A DNA stretch of 63,320 bases, counting the filler, from Globobulimina sp. (lineage: Eukaryota): the NCBI GenBank assembly GCA_003354225.1. It is 51 parts of 51 records of this genome, joined end to end, with 100 filler letters (N's around TTAATTAATTAA, not from the genome) between each part and the next. Parts side by side here need not be neighbours in the genome. Positions count along the whole stretch, not along the records: positions 48,505 to 49,647 come from PIVH01022470.1; positions 49,748 to 50,890 come from PIVH01022471.1; positions 50,991 to 52,133 come from PIVH01022472.1; positions 52,234 to 53,376 come from PIVH01022473.1; positions 53,477 to 54,619 come from PIVH01022474.1; positions 54,720 to 55,862 come from PIVH01022475.1; positions 55,963 to 57,105 come from PIVH01022476.1; positions 57,206 to 58,348 come from PIVH01022477.1; 43 more parts are not named here. One strand, 5' to 3'. A program made the translations under genes and the position numbers. The notes under the pieces are model-generated. The model had not been told where the DNA came from. It worked only from the letters and a program-made list of their open reading frames with translations, and did no database searches. Shown here in pieces: positions 48,741 to 60,834 of the stretch (the stretch's first letter is position 1; each line of letters opens with the position of its first letter).

Positions 48741-49019
48741 ATACAAATATGATGAAAATCTCTGTTTACAGTGGTCCTATGTTGACCGTAGTAATGTGCT
48801 ATGAAATCAAATGACACACAGCGAAATCGCAAAAAACATATAACCAATCTATCCAAGTTTGATATTTGGCATTTTCTCATCCTTCCAACATATCGATCAA
48901 TGCTATAATCATCACGCAATAAATAACCTCTCCGCAATATGTGTTATAAATACATGCGGCTCAATCCTTAATATATTCCGAAATGTCCCAGGTAGCTTAA
49001 TTAATCTTTCTATGCTACA
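48686..49019 (-). mobile_element. Degraded PIF/Harbinger-type transposase N-terminal HTH region
   Basis: FRNILRIEPHVF, then after a frameshift ISNLDRLVICFLRFRCVSFDFIAHYYGQHRTTVNRDFHHI (HTH_Tnp_4-like). Confidence 0.6.
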
Positions 49020-49368
49020 ATGGTAATGCTGAATAAGCTGCAAATCTAATTGCTTGTTTCTTAGCTTCTTTGAGTTGGTCAAACAAGAATAAAATAAGTA
49101 AAGTAAGAAAGGTCATGCTGACATTCAAGCACGTAGACGAAAAAAACTACAGAAAACTAATTCGATTAGTGATTTTACTTTCAATTCACTTAAATGCACA
49201 AACTCTTAATGAAATAAAAATGAACATGTTTCTGACAGTATTCGTCAGTGTTTTCAATATTTTGGGGACTGATCAACTAAGAAGAAAAAGTTTGCTATGC
49301 ATAAAAAATACAAACATACGTAAACCCAGTGATGTGCTTCGGCAAGATTCAACCATTCGTCACCATTG

Positions 49369-49515
49369 AAGAGCATCCGGTTTTCAGCGTCATATTTTTA
49401 TTGTTTCTGAGAAACGAAGGCAAACCTATATTGTTTTTACCTTTATCATTCACCAGAAACGGTTTGCGTATACGTTGCCCCAATAAAAATCTGACGCTGA
49501 AGACCGGATGCTCTT
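49369..49515. mobile_element. MITE-like element with 35-bp terminal inverted repeats (2 mismatches)
   Basis: AAGAGCATCCGGTTTTCAGCGTCATATTTTTATTG (49369-49403) versus CAATAAAAATCTGACGCTGAAGACCGGATGCTCTT (49481-49515). Confidence 0.65.
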
Positions 49516-49747
49516 TTCGAGCTATTCGACGACCACAGCTGAAGTCTTCTTCAATGTTTGTATTTTTGTGTTCCTCTGTCATTATAAAGAGTTACACTGA
49601 AAGTACTTTTACTGACAATTCTACATTTCGTGAAATTAGCATACAACNNNNNNNNNNNNNNNNNNNNNNNNNNNNNNNNNNNNNNNNNNNNTTAATTAAT
49701 TAANNNNNNNNNNNNNNNNNNNNNNNNNNNNNNNNNNNNNNNNNNNN

Positions 49748-50669
49748 TTTTTTTTAATACAATTTGCCATAAACAAAGAGCTGCGATAACATTAAACGTC
49801 ACGATAACAAGGACACCCAATAATTGTATACCAAAATGTCTGAGTCCTCCATGGATTAAGCCAGGTGTACCATATGTATCATTAGCAACAATGCCTTCTG
49901 TAATCCCGCTAAACATACCACAGCATAAATGAATCGCAATTACATTCAATGGGTCATCGAGTTTAAATTTATTTCGAATTATTCTTGACATAACAAAATA
50001 AACAACAGATGCGCAACAGCCCACAAATACAGCTTCAATTGGACCGCATGTATGACACATTCCTGTAATGGATACTAAACCAGCTAACAAACACGAAAGT
50101 AGGTTCTCAAAACTTAATGGCACAAAACCTAACCACATCCATACAAATCCAGAACAAACGGAGGATATCGGCGATATAACCGTAACTAATGCTGTTGTAC
50201 CAATGGCATTTACATCAATGCCTCGACTGAATGCGATCGGAGATGCTACATTGAATGCAAACCATCCATACCATAAAAACAAAGCGCCGATAGCATTTAT
50301 AATGGGTCGTGCAGCCTTTCCTATTGGTAATAACTCACCGTTTCTGTCTAATGATCCTTTCCTTGGACCTAAATGCCAAACAGCGATTAATGCGGACATT
50401 CCTGCAGTTGAATGAACAACCACTGATCCAGCACCATCTACAAATCCTAATTTATTTAGCCAACCATGTTCATGCCATACCTTAACACAAAAAAAGAAAA
50501 TTAAAATATCAAATTTATTGTTTACTATGTCGGTCTAAATACATTCTGAGGCCATATATAGGACATACCCAATGACTTATAAATGAATAATTTATTAAAA
50601 TTATTAATAAACACCATACAATATATGCTTTGTTCTTCATTCGTTCTAAGACGGCTCCGCTAATAATTG
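49748..50669 (-). CDS. amt: Ammonium transporter (Amt family), internal fragment, intron 50481-50568
   Basis: IISGAVLER, SHW|VW..GWL, DGAGSVVVH, LWYGWFAFN, LAGLVSIT, DDPLNVIAIH. Confidence 0.95.
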
Positions 50670-51372
50670 CTGTTGTTATTGTTGGTTAACAAAAAAGGAT
50701 CGGATGCAGCAAATGGAACATTCTATACACCCTTAACTGGCACAAGTGGATGCAAAAAATGCCTGTATATTTATATATATTTTTGTACCCGTTGTACATC
50801 TGACTATTCCATAAACATATCCCAAACAGATGTGACAAACCTGAGATTAATATTTTGTCATGAGACTCACTGTCAACTACAAGTAATAACNNNNNNNNNN
50901 NNNNNNNNNNNNNNNNNNNNNNNNNNNNNNNNNNTTAATTAATTAANNNNNNNNNNNNNNNNNNNNNNNNNNNNNNNNNNNNNNNNNNNNGATTATATTT
51001 CTTTCTTTATTTGTTTCTTTTGTTTGTTAGTTTGATTGGTGACAAAATATGTGCAAATTACATCTTATTTACACTACAAATTCTTGTGTCGGATTCATAA
51101 AAATTCGGGTTCGTTTATTGAATGGTTGTTTATTGAATGGCCAATCTCTTTTTATAATAACATACCAAACAAATTTACAGGTGTTGAAAATACATTTCGT
51201 TGTGATCAAACACAAAGACTGAAGAAAAGATTTTCAAAGAACACACAAACTCAAAAACACTGCACACAGAATCAGATCTCAGGCTGCTCATAAACTCGCA
51301 AATATGTCAGATATATATTCCAGGTTTTAGGGAAATATGTAAGTCTCAACAATTTTCTCCAATAATTGCACA

Positions 51373-52098
51373 ATGTCACAGCATAATGCTGACGGGGCAC
51401 ACTCTACAAATTGTGAATCAATCTCTAGTGAGTATTCTTTTACAATTCGAAACATTTACAATTCAGTTGATATCATTTTTGGATTGTGGTTAATTATCGG
51501 TGGATTAGGAGTTGTTGTAGTTACATTTTGGTGGAGCATAGACGATGAATGGAATGCAGACATAACACCATATTATTATGTGATTTTAATTGTGTTTCAT
51601 TTAACCATATCCTTCATTTGTCTCTCATTTGTAGTGCAATATTATGTGTTACCCGCAGGTTTACCCAAAATATAGTCGCATATCCATAAACAAGAAGTTC
51701 CTGTAAACAAACATAGACAAAACGTTGCTGCAAACAAAATGCCAATATTACTATCTGAGAAAAAAAAGAACAACGCAAAACAAGCTTTGTTAAGAGAAAA
51801 AAAATTGAAACGAACTAAAGATCCACAACAAACACATTTTTATTTGAGGCGATGTTCATTAATTTTATCCCCGATACTCACTGCAAATTTGACATTATTT
51901 AATTTTTCATCAATTTGTGTAATGATATTCCATTGGCTTTATGTAATTGTATTAATTATATCATTATATTATAAGTTTGAAACCGATACAGTATTAGAAA
52001 TATTATGTCATTCAATACGATCGATCTCTGAGGTATTACCTGGTATTTGTTTGATATTATATTGGAAAGCAAGAGAAACATACTATCCTTATGTTTAG
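51373..52098 (+). CDS. Hypothetical multi-pass membrane protein, probably two exons
   Basis: Two ORFs with several hydrophobic helices. CAG|GTTTAC donor-like site near 51659. Confidence 0.5.
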
Positions 52099-52233
52099 TG
52101 TCTATTCTATTCTATTCTATAATTTATATTTGCNNNNNNNNNNNNNNNNNNNNNNNNNNNNNNNNNNNNNNNNNNNNTTAATTAATTAANNNNNNNNNNN
52201 NNNNNNNNNNNNNNNNNNNNNNNNNNNNNNNNN

Positions 52234-53305
52234 CTTAAATAATGCCAATTCACATCCACCCAAATTAAGCAGCTGCGGTAAAAAGGCTGCCATCCACAGC
52301 AATATCAGTGGGAATAAGTTAAAAAAGCGATATTTTGAGAGTTCGCCTACGCCAACGGCATCCTCTACGTCTTGTGGCCTCACCATAACCAGACGGGGTC
52401 GCACTGACATGACTGATATGAGCGATGTGATCTCGACTGCAGCTGATATCGATCACGAATTACAAAGGAAATTGCAAAAGAAATATAAATTCTATAAATA
52501 TAAATATGCGCGCTTGCGTGCCAAGGTCGAGGAACAAGAGATAGAGCAAAGGTGCCAACAGGATCAGATCTGTCGGTTAAAACGTGTGGAGGAACAAGTT
52601 AAAGATCAATGTCATACCATGGCGAAATATAAAAAGAAGCTAAAATCAATGAGTAAAGAAGGTGAATGGTTAAAGAATACGTTGCAAAAACGAAACCAAA
52701 CCATCATTAATTTAAATAAAGAAAATTCAAAATTAAAACAGCAGATTGCGGCCTTACAAACATTAGAAACCTTAAAATCTGTCGATATCGATATCGATTT
52801 TGACGATCATGTAAACAAAAATGAAACCATGCTAATAAATGAGAGCTCGAGTGGCAAAGATGAGGAATCAACCACTACGCCAATGGCCACTGCAAAAGAG
52901 ACACAAATACAAACTAAAGCACGTCGACAGAGTACACACATTCGAAACAGTGATCAATTGCAAATCAGCACAGAAATGGTACAAAAGCTCAGCACAGATG
53001 CTGTTGATGATATTAATTATAAAAAGTTGTATGAGAAGGAAAGAGCGCGTGCAAATCATTACAAATCGAAGACATCCGCTGCCTACAAAAAATATGAAAA
53101 GTGTGAGATGCAACTAAGTATTAATACGCATGAAATGGAAGAGTTACAATCCAAACATAAAGTGATGGAAGAGGTTTATATTAAATTAAAACAAGATTTA
53201 ACCAAAATGATGGATAGATACTCAAAATTAGAAATTGAATATGAAAAAATACAAAATGGTGTGGAATCTTTGACCGATGGCGATGATAATTATGATTCGG
53301 TTTAG
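52234..53305 (+). CDS. Hypothetical coiled-coil protein, C-terminal part
   Basis: Long K/E/Q-rich ORF followed by a T-rich 3' region. Confidence 0.7.
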
Positions 53306-53521
53306 GATGTGGTTGTTGTTTAATTTTTGTTTTTGTTAATAATTTGTTTTTGTTTTTGTTTGTTTACAATGTTTGCNNNNNNNNNNNNNNNNNNNNNNNN
53401 NNNNNNNNNNNNNNNNNNNNTTAATTAATTAANNNNNNNNNNNNNNNNNNNNNNNNNNNNNNNNNNNNNNNNNNNNAAGTTTAGCAATTACATCAATCAT
53501 TTTCAACTGTGATACAGTCTT

Positions 53522-54619
53522 TTGTTTATTCATCAGCAAATTAAGAATCTGAATAAAAATTACAACTCCATTATGGAAAATGATGTGTGGTCTCTGGGCA
53601 TAATATTATACATAATGTTAATTGGATTGCCACTTTGTATGAAACATGATTTAATTATTGCACAAATAAAAAATAAATCATTAGAATGGTATGATGAAAG
53701 TATTGCTGCCTCAGCAAAGGATTTAATTTATAAAATGTTACAGATGGATAATACTAAAAGATTGAGAATAAAACAAATTGAACAACATCCGTTTATGCTT
53801 GGTTATGATGATATAATTTATCAGAATGGCAATGATATTATAAATCAAGAAGAAAAACTTCAACATCAAAAATATACATTAAAACAGAAGATGTTATATG
53901 CTCTGAGATCTACCAAATTAAGGTACTGCATGCCATTTTATTGCATTTTTATTAATTGTATTTTGCTGTTTTTTGCTGGTATTTACAGACCGATTCCATG
54001 TCAAAAAGAAATGCAAGAATCGTTTGCATTCTTTGAAAAAACGCAAAAATATTTCAAACGGTATGATGTTGTAATAGATGTTTGTGGATCGCATGGATTG
54101 ACTGCATATTTGTTTGCAGTGTACTGTCGAACCCCATTTATTTATGTTGTCGATTTACATAAACCAAAATCATTTGATATCATTGGCAAAGTATTGAATA
54201 TAAAACAAGATACAATAAAATATGTTTGTAAAGATTTATATGTTGGTTTACCAGAATTATTACAACATTGGACAGCTAAAAATAAAAAGATTGCAGTAAT
54301 TGGGTGTCATGCTTGTGCACATTTATCAGACTCAATCATGGATATTTGTTATAAATATGAAATGACAGAATTTGCGTTAATGCCGTGTTGCCATGCAAGA
54401 AGTGATCATTTTCGCCAAATTGGAACAATAACAGATACATTAAACATTGATATGCATCTAAGAAATGGTGGAGACAATGTTGGTGATATAAACCGCAAAA
54501 ATTTAAAAAATGTGGATAAAATAATAAGTGCAGGAATTGTGAAAGATATGGTTATGTTTGGGAGAGGCGTCCAAATGGGTTATTGTATGAGATGGAAAAT
54601 GATTGACGCAAAAATAACA
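53522..54619 (+). CDS. Protein kinase C-lobe fused to a SAM-dependent methyltransferase domain; probable in-frame 66-nt intron 53923-53988
   Basis: DVWSLGIILYIMLIG, AKDLIYKML...R...HPF, then KEMQES, VIDVCGSHGL, IGCHACAHLSD, LMPCCH. Confidence 0.75.
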
Positions 54620-54720
54620 NNNNNNNNNNNNNNNNNNNNNNNNNNNNNNNNNNNNNNNNNNNNTTAATTAATTAANNNNNNNNNNNNNNNNNNNNNNNNN
54701 NNNNNNNNNNNNNNNNNNNG

Positions 54721-55263
54721 AATGTCAATATAATCACCGGCGACGATGGCATATGTCCGAAAAGCACAGATGTACTGTCTCCAACATCCAATATTTTGGT
54801 GGAAAATGCATTTATTTCGTCACATTCGAGTGCCATAAAATTTGGCAGTTCGACAGAGGGCGAAATGTACGACTTTGTGTTTAGAAATATAACCATCGTA
54901 GACTCGAACCGCGGGCAGGCGATACAAATGAGAGACAATTGCAGTGTTTACGATGTGTTGTACGAGGATATAAATATTGAGACCCGATGGTGGGACAATG
55001 ATTGCGATGAATGGTGGGGAGACGGCGAAGCAATTTGGATCACTGCAATACAAAGAACACGGCAACAAACATATATTGGCAGTGTTTATAATATCACATT
55101 TAAAGATATTACCATACGATCAGAAAATGGTATATTTATATCTGGCATTGGCAATGCATTGCAGTCGGTGCATGATATCACTTTGCAAAATATTGAGATG
55201 GTTTTGGATGACTGGGATCTGTTTTGGATAAGATGGGCAAACACAAGATATTGTTGTACATAA
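54721..55263 (+). CDS. Glycoside hydrolase family 28 (polygalacturonase-like), fragment
   Basis: TGDDGICPKS, SAIKFGS, NITIVDSNRG..IQMRD, WWGDGEAIWIT, SENGIFISG. Confidence 0.85.
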   Translation, partial: NVNIITGDDGICPKSTDVLSPTSNILVENAFISSHSSAIKFGSSTEGEMYDFVFRNITIVDSNRGQAIQMRDNCSVYDVLYEDINIETRWWDNDCDEWWGDGEAIWITAIQRTRQQTYIGSVYNITFKDITIRSENGIFISGIGNALQSVHDITLQNIEMVLDDWDLFWIRWANTRYCCT

Positions 55264-56035
55264 TTTTAATTGTGTCGACCTGTAATTATAGACTGTTAAT
55301 ATTCTCTTTTTTTAATTATTAATTTTGATAATTTTTTCTATCCTCGCACACAAAGCAATTTGCGCACTGAGTGCGAGGATACAAATAAACTAATTTTCCA
55401 CTCAAAAACGTTGACTAAGTACAATGCTGCGTCAGTTTGTATAATGCTGCGCAGTCCCACAAAAACAATGCAATTTCAACACAGTCACAGTAACTACAAC
55501 AGAGTACTTTGAGTAAACAGGCTCTGAAATATTGTATTATTATATCAATTTATATGCAGCTACATAAGACATGACATTTTAAATCAAAATGTCATGTGTT
55601 AACTCATAATCGCTCAATATTACAATAATTAATCTAAGTCATAATTGCGTAGTAATTCTAAAGTTGGATAATATTCGAATATTGTTTGAGTGTCATTCAT
55701 TTCAAGATTAAATGAATCAATCTCATCATAAAAGCGTTCCTAATCAAATCTCGAGCCAAATTATAAATGGTTAAAAGCATATAAAAGGACAATATCAGAT
55801 TAAATAATTTTTCATCCTGATTTATTGCACAATACAACATGTTGACAATACAAGATGAACCANNNNNNNNNNNNNNNNNNNNNNNNNNNNNNNNNNNNNN
55901 NNNNNNTTAATTAATTAANNNNNNNNNNNNNNNNNNNNNNNNNNNNNNNNNNNNNNNNNNNNTTTTTTAGTGGCAAAAACAGAAAGATTCAAAATTGTGA
56001 TTTCCCAATCATATAGGCAGGCGTACGTACTGTCA

Positions 56036-57103
56036 CTAATGTTTTTGATAATCTGTGTGCCAGGGAGGGGGTTTGCGAGTACGTGGACTTGGTGCATTTT
56101 GCAATACAGGGGGCGCAGATTGTGGCAATTGTAATAATGGTAACTCTAGCCTGTCTTTTACGGGTGTATCGTCGAAAATATGCCACTTTTCGAATAATTG
56201 TTTGGCCATTTCAAAACTAATGACCTTCCCATAAAAGACACTTAATTTACGAGCTGCCCACCTGTGGTGTCCATACTTATAAGGTCCAAATGTCAATTCC
56301 AACAGTTGTTCCAATTCATTTCGGACCTCTTTTATATGCATTTTGTACTTCCATCTCCTGGCTTTTTGTTTTCTTGTAAAGGGGTACAATCTCACTGAAT
56401 AGGCTTCCTTAGTGCTACCTTCCCAGTTGACATCCTCACTTCCTGGTATTACCACTGGTGTGAGTTTATTTCCCCAAAACTCATAATATATTTGATGTAT
56501 CTTCTCTCTCGCTCTGACCATGATGTTTTCTTTCTTCAGAAATTCTCTTTGACTCAAACCTGAGTGTAAGGTTTCCATGTCTGGGGTCCATTCTGGCTCA
56601 TCATGGCTTTCATCACCACTGGATTCCTCAGGTTCTAATCCTGGTATGGTGTCATTAGGGATTTCCGTGATAGCAGTTTGTTCTTCATCACCTGAAATAA
56701 AATGATCTGATTGCACTGATTCGATCAATGGTACCTGAGTTTGTTCTTCTTGATGAGCTGATGTTGGTGTTGATGGTATCGATTGTTCTTCATGATGCAT
56801 TTCATTACTTTCAGCTATTTCATCATGATCTTCTGGTGCCAATGCATTTTCAGCTTCACATTGAACCAAATCAGTTGTTGATTCATCCATGTCATTTTCA
56901 GGATTCATTGTATAACTGTCCCATGTGTAAACCATTGGATCAATGGTGGTTTTAACTTCACTTGGGATGTCATCCAAATCGGGTAATGGCAAAAACAGCT
57001 CTTCTGTGATGATGGTTGGCTCATGATATATGCGCAGATGGTTCTTGTGCCGATGTATAGTTGGACCATGTGGGTCATCACATCGTTTCAGTGACGCTGT
57101 AGT
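56036..57103 (-). mobile_element. Probable Gypsy-type LTR retrotransposon pol C-terminal tail
   Basis: IHRHKNHLRIY (end of integrase GPY/F-like module), acidic linker, terminal PRTRKPPPWHTDY. Confidence 0.5.
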
Positions 57104-57552
57104 ATNNNNNNNNNNNNNNNNNNNNNNNNNNNNNNNNNNNNNNNNNNNNTTAATTAATTAANNNNNNNNNNNNNNNNNNNNNNNNNNNNNNNNNNNNNNN
57201 NNNNNGATAAGAAACAGGAAAAACAATGTAAAGCAAAAAAACGCAAAAGAAACAAGGAAGATATTAATGTAATAACAGTGCCTGGCACTGATAGTGGATC
57301 AACACACAAAAATGGTAACGTGGCACCGGCAAAAAAAAAGAGGAAGTTAACGAACATACAGCGTGAAAACACAAGTATGGATTTCTAATTCACTTCTTTG
57401 TCTCTAATATTTGTATGTTGTTTTCATGCTGTTTTCATGCTGTTTGGTTTACTGATCATAATAACAAGACACATTGACACATTGTTTGTTGTTTTCTCTT
57501 TGTTTGTGTGGTTATTTTGGTGCAGTGGTTTGAATAATGTTCAATTTATGAT

Positions 57553-58083
57553 ATGTTGATCAGTAAAACAAATGGCCCCATGCATGAGCCTCATCCTTTT
57601 GTTGCTAAATTGCTTTTTACCTTTTGTGCATTAGATGAGGATGTTGAAGGTGCTACGTTGATGGATGTAACGATTGAGAATGATGGAAATGATGAGAGTG
57701 TTAGTAATGGATCATGTGAGTATGAAGAGATTGTGGAATATATGATGATTGAAATGAAAGTTGGAAATTCGGGTTCATTTAATTTACATGGATATGATAA
57801 ATGTGTATTAAAGAATATGTTTAATGATAATATGTTGCAAAGTATTAAATTGCAGAGTAGGATGAATGATGCAGATGATGAGTGTGAAGGTGCTTATTGT
57901 GATACATTGGGATCTCATTTGTTTTTCAAACAATTGCAAAACAATGTTTCCAATGAGAATAATAATCAGAATTCGAGTGAAAACGTTGTTACAAATGCAT
58001 ATGATCGGACGGTATTGGAGTATGTGGATAAAACAGATACAAAATGTGTGTTTCGGTTTAAACCTCGATTTTATTCTTCTTAA
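57553..58083 (+). CDS. Hypothetical protein, last exon
   Basis: 176-codon ORF preceded by a T-rich intron-like tract ending TGCAG. Confidence 0.5.
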   Translation: MLISKTNGPMHEPHPFVAKLLFTFCALDEDVEGATLMDVTIENDGNDESVSNGSCEYEEIVEYMMIEMKVGNSGSFNLHGYDKCVLKNMFNDNMLQSIKLQSRMNDADDECEGAYCDTLGSHLFFKQLQNNVSNENNNQNSSENVVTNAYDRTVLEYVDKTDTKCVFRFKPRFYSS

Positions 58084-58531
58084 TTGATTATTCACCAATT
58101 TGTTATATTTTGTTTTAAACTGGTTTCAAAAATCATTGTCGGTTTTGCATGGTATTTTACGCATTGAAGATTAAAGGATTTGCAACTTTGTTGTAAATCC
58201 TTAAAGTATTAAATCCATAAATCCCTACGACAATGATTACCGAATTGTAGCATTCCCTGTCATTAAGATATGGGCCGGTGTTTATTTCTTATCCATCTGC
58301 ATAGGAATAAACTAGAATCCATGGACCAAAGTTGCAAACCCTAAAGTTNNNNNNNNNNNNNNNNNNNNNNNNNNNNNNNNNNNNNNNNNNNNTTAATTAA
58401 TTAANNNNNNNNNNNNNNNNNNNNNNNNNNNNNNNNNNNNNNNNNNNNGGGGGGGACAAAATATTCAATACATTGCTATAAAATAATTAAAAAAAAAATG
58501 ATGTAAAAAATGTTCAATTAATTCATTGCCT

Positions 58532-59497
58532 TTATTGCTTGCGGAATTTACTGAACTTTTCAATTAACATCAAAATAATGGATAACAATATCAGACATAA
58601 TCCAAATATACAATAAAAATGTGGTATTTGAGCATCGATAAAAAATACTTGAATAACAATACTAAATATAATAAAAAATGTCATTTTTAAGAAAGATGCA
58701 GTCCCAATGGATATGAGTTGTGTGCCGCGTACAAAGGCCCAGCAGTTCCAAAAGCCAATCAAACCGACACTCGACATTTCAATAACATCACTAAATGAGT
58801 TTAATGCCACAAAACTATCATTTGAGGTTTCAAATAAAATTAAACCCAACACACAACAAAATACGCTTTGACTAAATACTAAAATAAAAGTTGGTATGTT
58901 TGAGGCATACTTAATTAAAATATAACCAAATGATTCAAACAATGCAGATGATATTAAATATATGTTACTCATTCCAAATACTAATGTATTAAAATCTGAA
59001 TAATTAATATTTACTGTTCGTATAAATGAATAGGCACATATTGCCACACCAATATACATGAAAAATAAATATAACAATACTTCGCAACTAAGTAAGGTTT
59101 GATACACAATGTACGACCATATAAAAGCGAATACGATTGCCAATGAATTAAATAATGGCGCAATCTCAAAATGGTTTGGATTTGTATTGAATTCCAAGTA
59201 TCCAATAAAATATGTCAAATGTGAGGCAAACTGTATAATGCCAAATGATATAATTGCAATTATTAATTGTATTTTATTTTTATGACTCATTTCATTATTC
59301 ATATTATTCAGGTTATTCGTACTATAATTACTATTTAGATCGGACAGGGCACCGTATTTATTATTATATGATTGTATTTGTACACTCTCATTTAATGGCT
59401 GTTTGTTGTGCGCAGTTTTACATAAATTTACAAAATTTACATTATATTCCATAGAGAATGGCAATACCAACGATCGAAAACTTACATTTCTGCGCAT
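58532..59497 (-). CDS. DMT/EamA-like multi-pass transporter
   Basis: About 8 hydrophobic helices, RGTQLISIGTASFL, IFGLCLILLSIIL. Confidence 0.65.
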   Translation of the reverse strand: MRRNVSFRSLVLPFSMEYNVNFVNLCKTAHNKQPLNESVQIQSYNNKYGALSDLNSNYSTNNLNNMNNEMSHKNKIQLIIAIISFGIIQFASHLTYFIGYLEFNTNPNHFEIAPLFNSLAIVFAFIWSYIVYQTLLSCEVLLYLFFMYIGVAICAYSFIRTVNINYSDFNTLVFGMSNIYLISSALFESFGYILIKYASNIPTFILVFSQSVFCCVLGLILFETSNDSFVALNSFSDVIEMSSVGLIGFWNCWAFVRGTQLISIGTASFLKMTFFIIFSIVIQVFFIDAQIPHFYCIFGLCLILLSIILMLIEKFSKFRKQ

Positions 59498-59757
59498 ACC
59501 TTTGTTGGACCTATGCTAATTATGTCGAGCCATTAATTTCAGTGTAATTATACCAAAGAAAAAGCATAATATGATTTGTACAATGCCTTGANNNNNNNNN
59601 NNNNNNNNNNNNNNNNNNNNNNNNNNNNNNNNNNNTTAATTAATTAANNNNNNNNNNNNNNNNNNNNNNNNNNNNNNNNNNNNNNNNNNNNTTAAGCGAA
59701 GTTCTAGAAATTTCTGTCTAGAAATCATCATATTGCTACAGCAAACATATATATTTA

Positions 59758-60834
59758 TCACACAGTGCGATAATTTCTTCGTTTGGTCAATGTAGCAACT
59801 TGCTCTGTGTCCCAATCTACATAATTATTTTTTGTACAATTGCTCTTTGAGCCATTTCCCATTTCAGCCTTTAACTCCTTTGACGAAACACCAGATACAT
59901 TAACAATTTGTATATATTGATAAATAATCTTTGCTATTTCACATTTATTAAATTTCAATATTTCTGCCTTTTGCACAAATGGATATTTTTTTAATAGTAA
60001 TACAAAATAATTTATTTTCTTTTGTTCCCTCCACAATAACTTACAAATACGATCCATATAAAAACACTCTGAAATATCGGAAACGCGACGGATTGGATTC
60101 TGTTTTATTTGATGTATACAATTTGCGGTTCTTTTTTGTGTTTGTAGCCATTGCATCACTTTCAATTTTAATAAATCCATTAAGGTTTTGGTAATATTTA
60201 TATATTTGTTGGCATCGCTGATCAATAATATATTGCCAATACATTTATAATGGAACCAATATGAATTTGCAAATTTTTGAGGTAAATCCCTATAGTCATT
60301 GTATACAATATTTTGTAGCCGAATAAATCCGGTATGACTGATACAGGTTAACTCGCCAATAAATTCAATATGTCTGTTTTTCCAATATGTTACAACCATT
60401 TTTGAGCCTAAATATTGGTCAGGTTTTAATGATAATAATTCGCTGACATTATGACTGAATTTATACTCATTTTGGTACACTATATTGGTATACACTGTTT
60501 TTGTTGTGATCCGATCAAATTTATCATTGCTTGGATTAAAATACGAGTTATATAGTGATGTTAAGTTTTCTTTGTGTTTACTTCCATGTTGGTATTGTAT
60601 TGTTGGTCGAATCTGTATTCTTTTTGATATATTGACTTCATTTTTATTTTTAAACATAAAATCATTATAATCGAATGCCATTTGTTTCTGTACTTTTTTT
60701 CTGGATCGTTGAGTTTTGAATTTCTTTCTATCTTTTCTTTGTTTCACCGGATCTTTTCTTTTGAAGATAATCTCGTTTTCGTCTGTACCGTAATGTTTTG
60801 ATGCATATTGGATTTTATTTTGTTTTTTTTGGAT
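59758..60834 (-). CDS. Hypothetical basic protein, possible Sm/LSm-like segment
   Basis: 329-aa ORF. YLGSKMVV...FIGELTCI...IRLQNI weakly resembles an LSm fold. Confidence 0.5.
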   Translation of the reverse strand: MQKKQNKIQYASKHYGTDENEIIFKRKDPVKQRKDRKKFKTQRSRKKVQKQMAFDYNDFMFKNKNEVNISKRIQIRPTIQYQHGSKHKENLTSLYNSYFNPSNDKFDRITTKTVYTNIVYQNEYKFSHNVSELLSLKPDQYLGSKMVVTYWKNRHIEFIGELTCISHTGFIRLQNIVYNDYRDLPQKFANSYWFHYKCIGNILLISDANKYINITKTLMDLLKLKVMQWLQTQKRTANCIHQIKQNPIRRVSDISECFYMDRICKLLWREQKKINYFVLLLKKYPFVQKAEILKFNKCEIAKIIYQYIQIVNVSGVSSKELKAEMGNGSKSNCTKNNYVDWDTEQVATLTKRRNYRTV

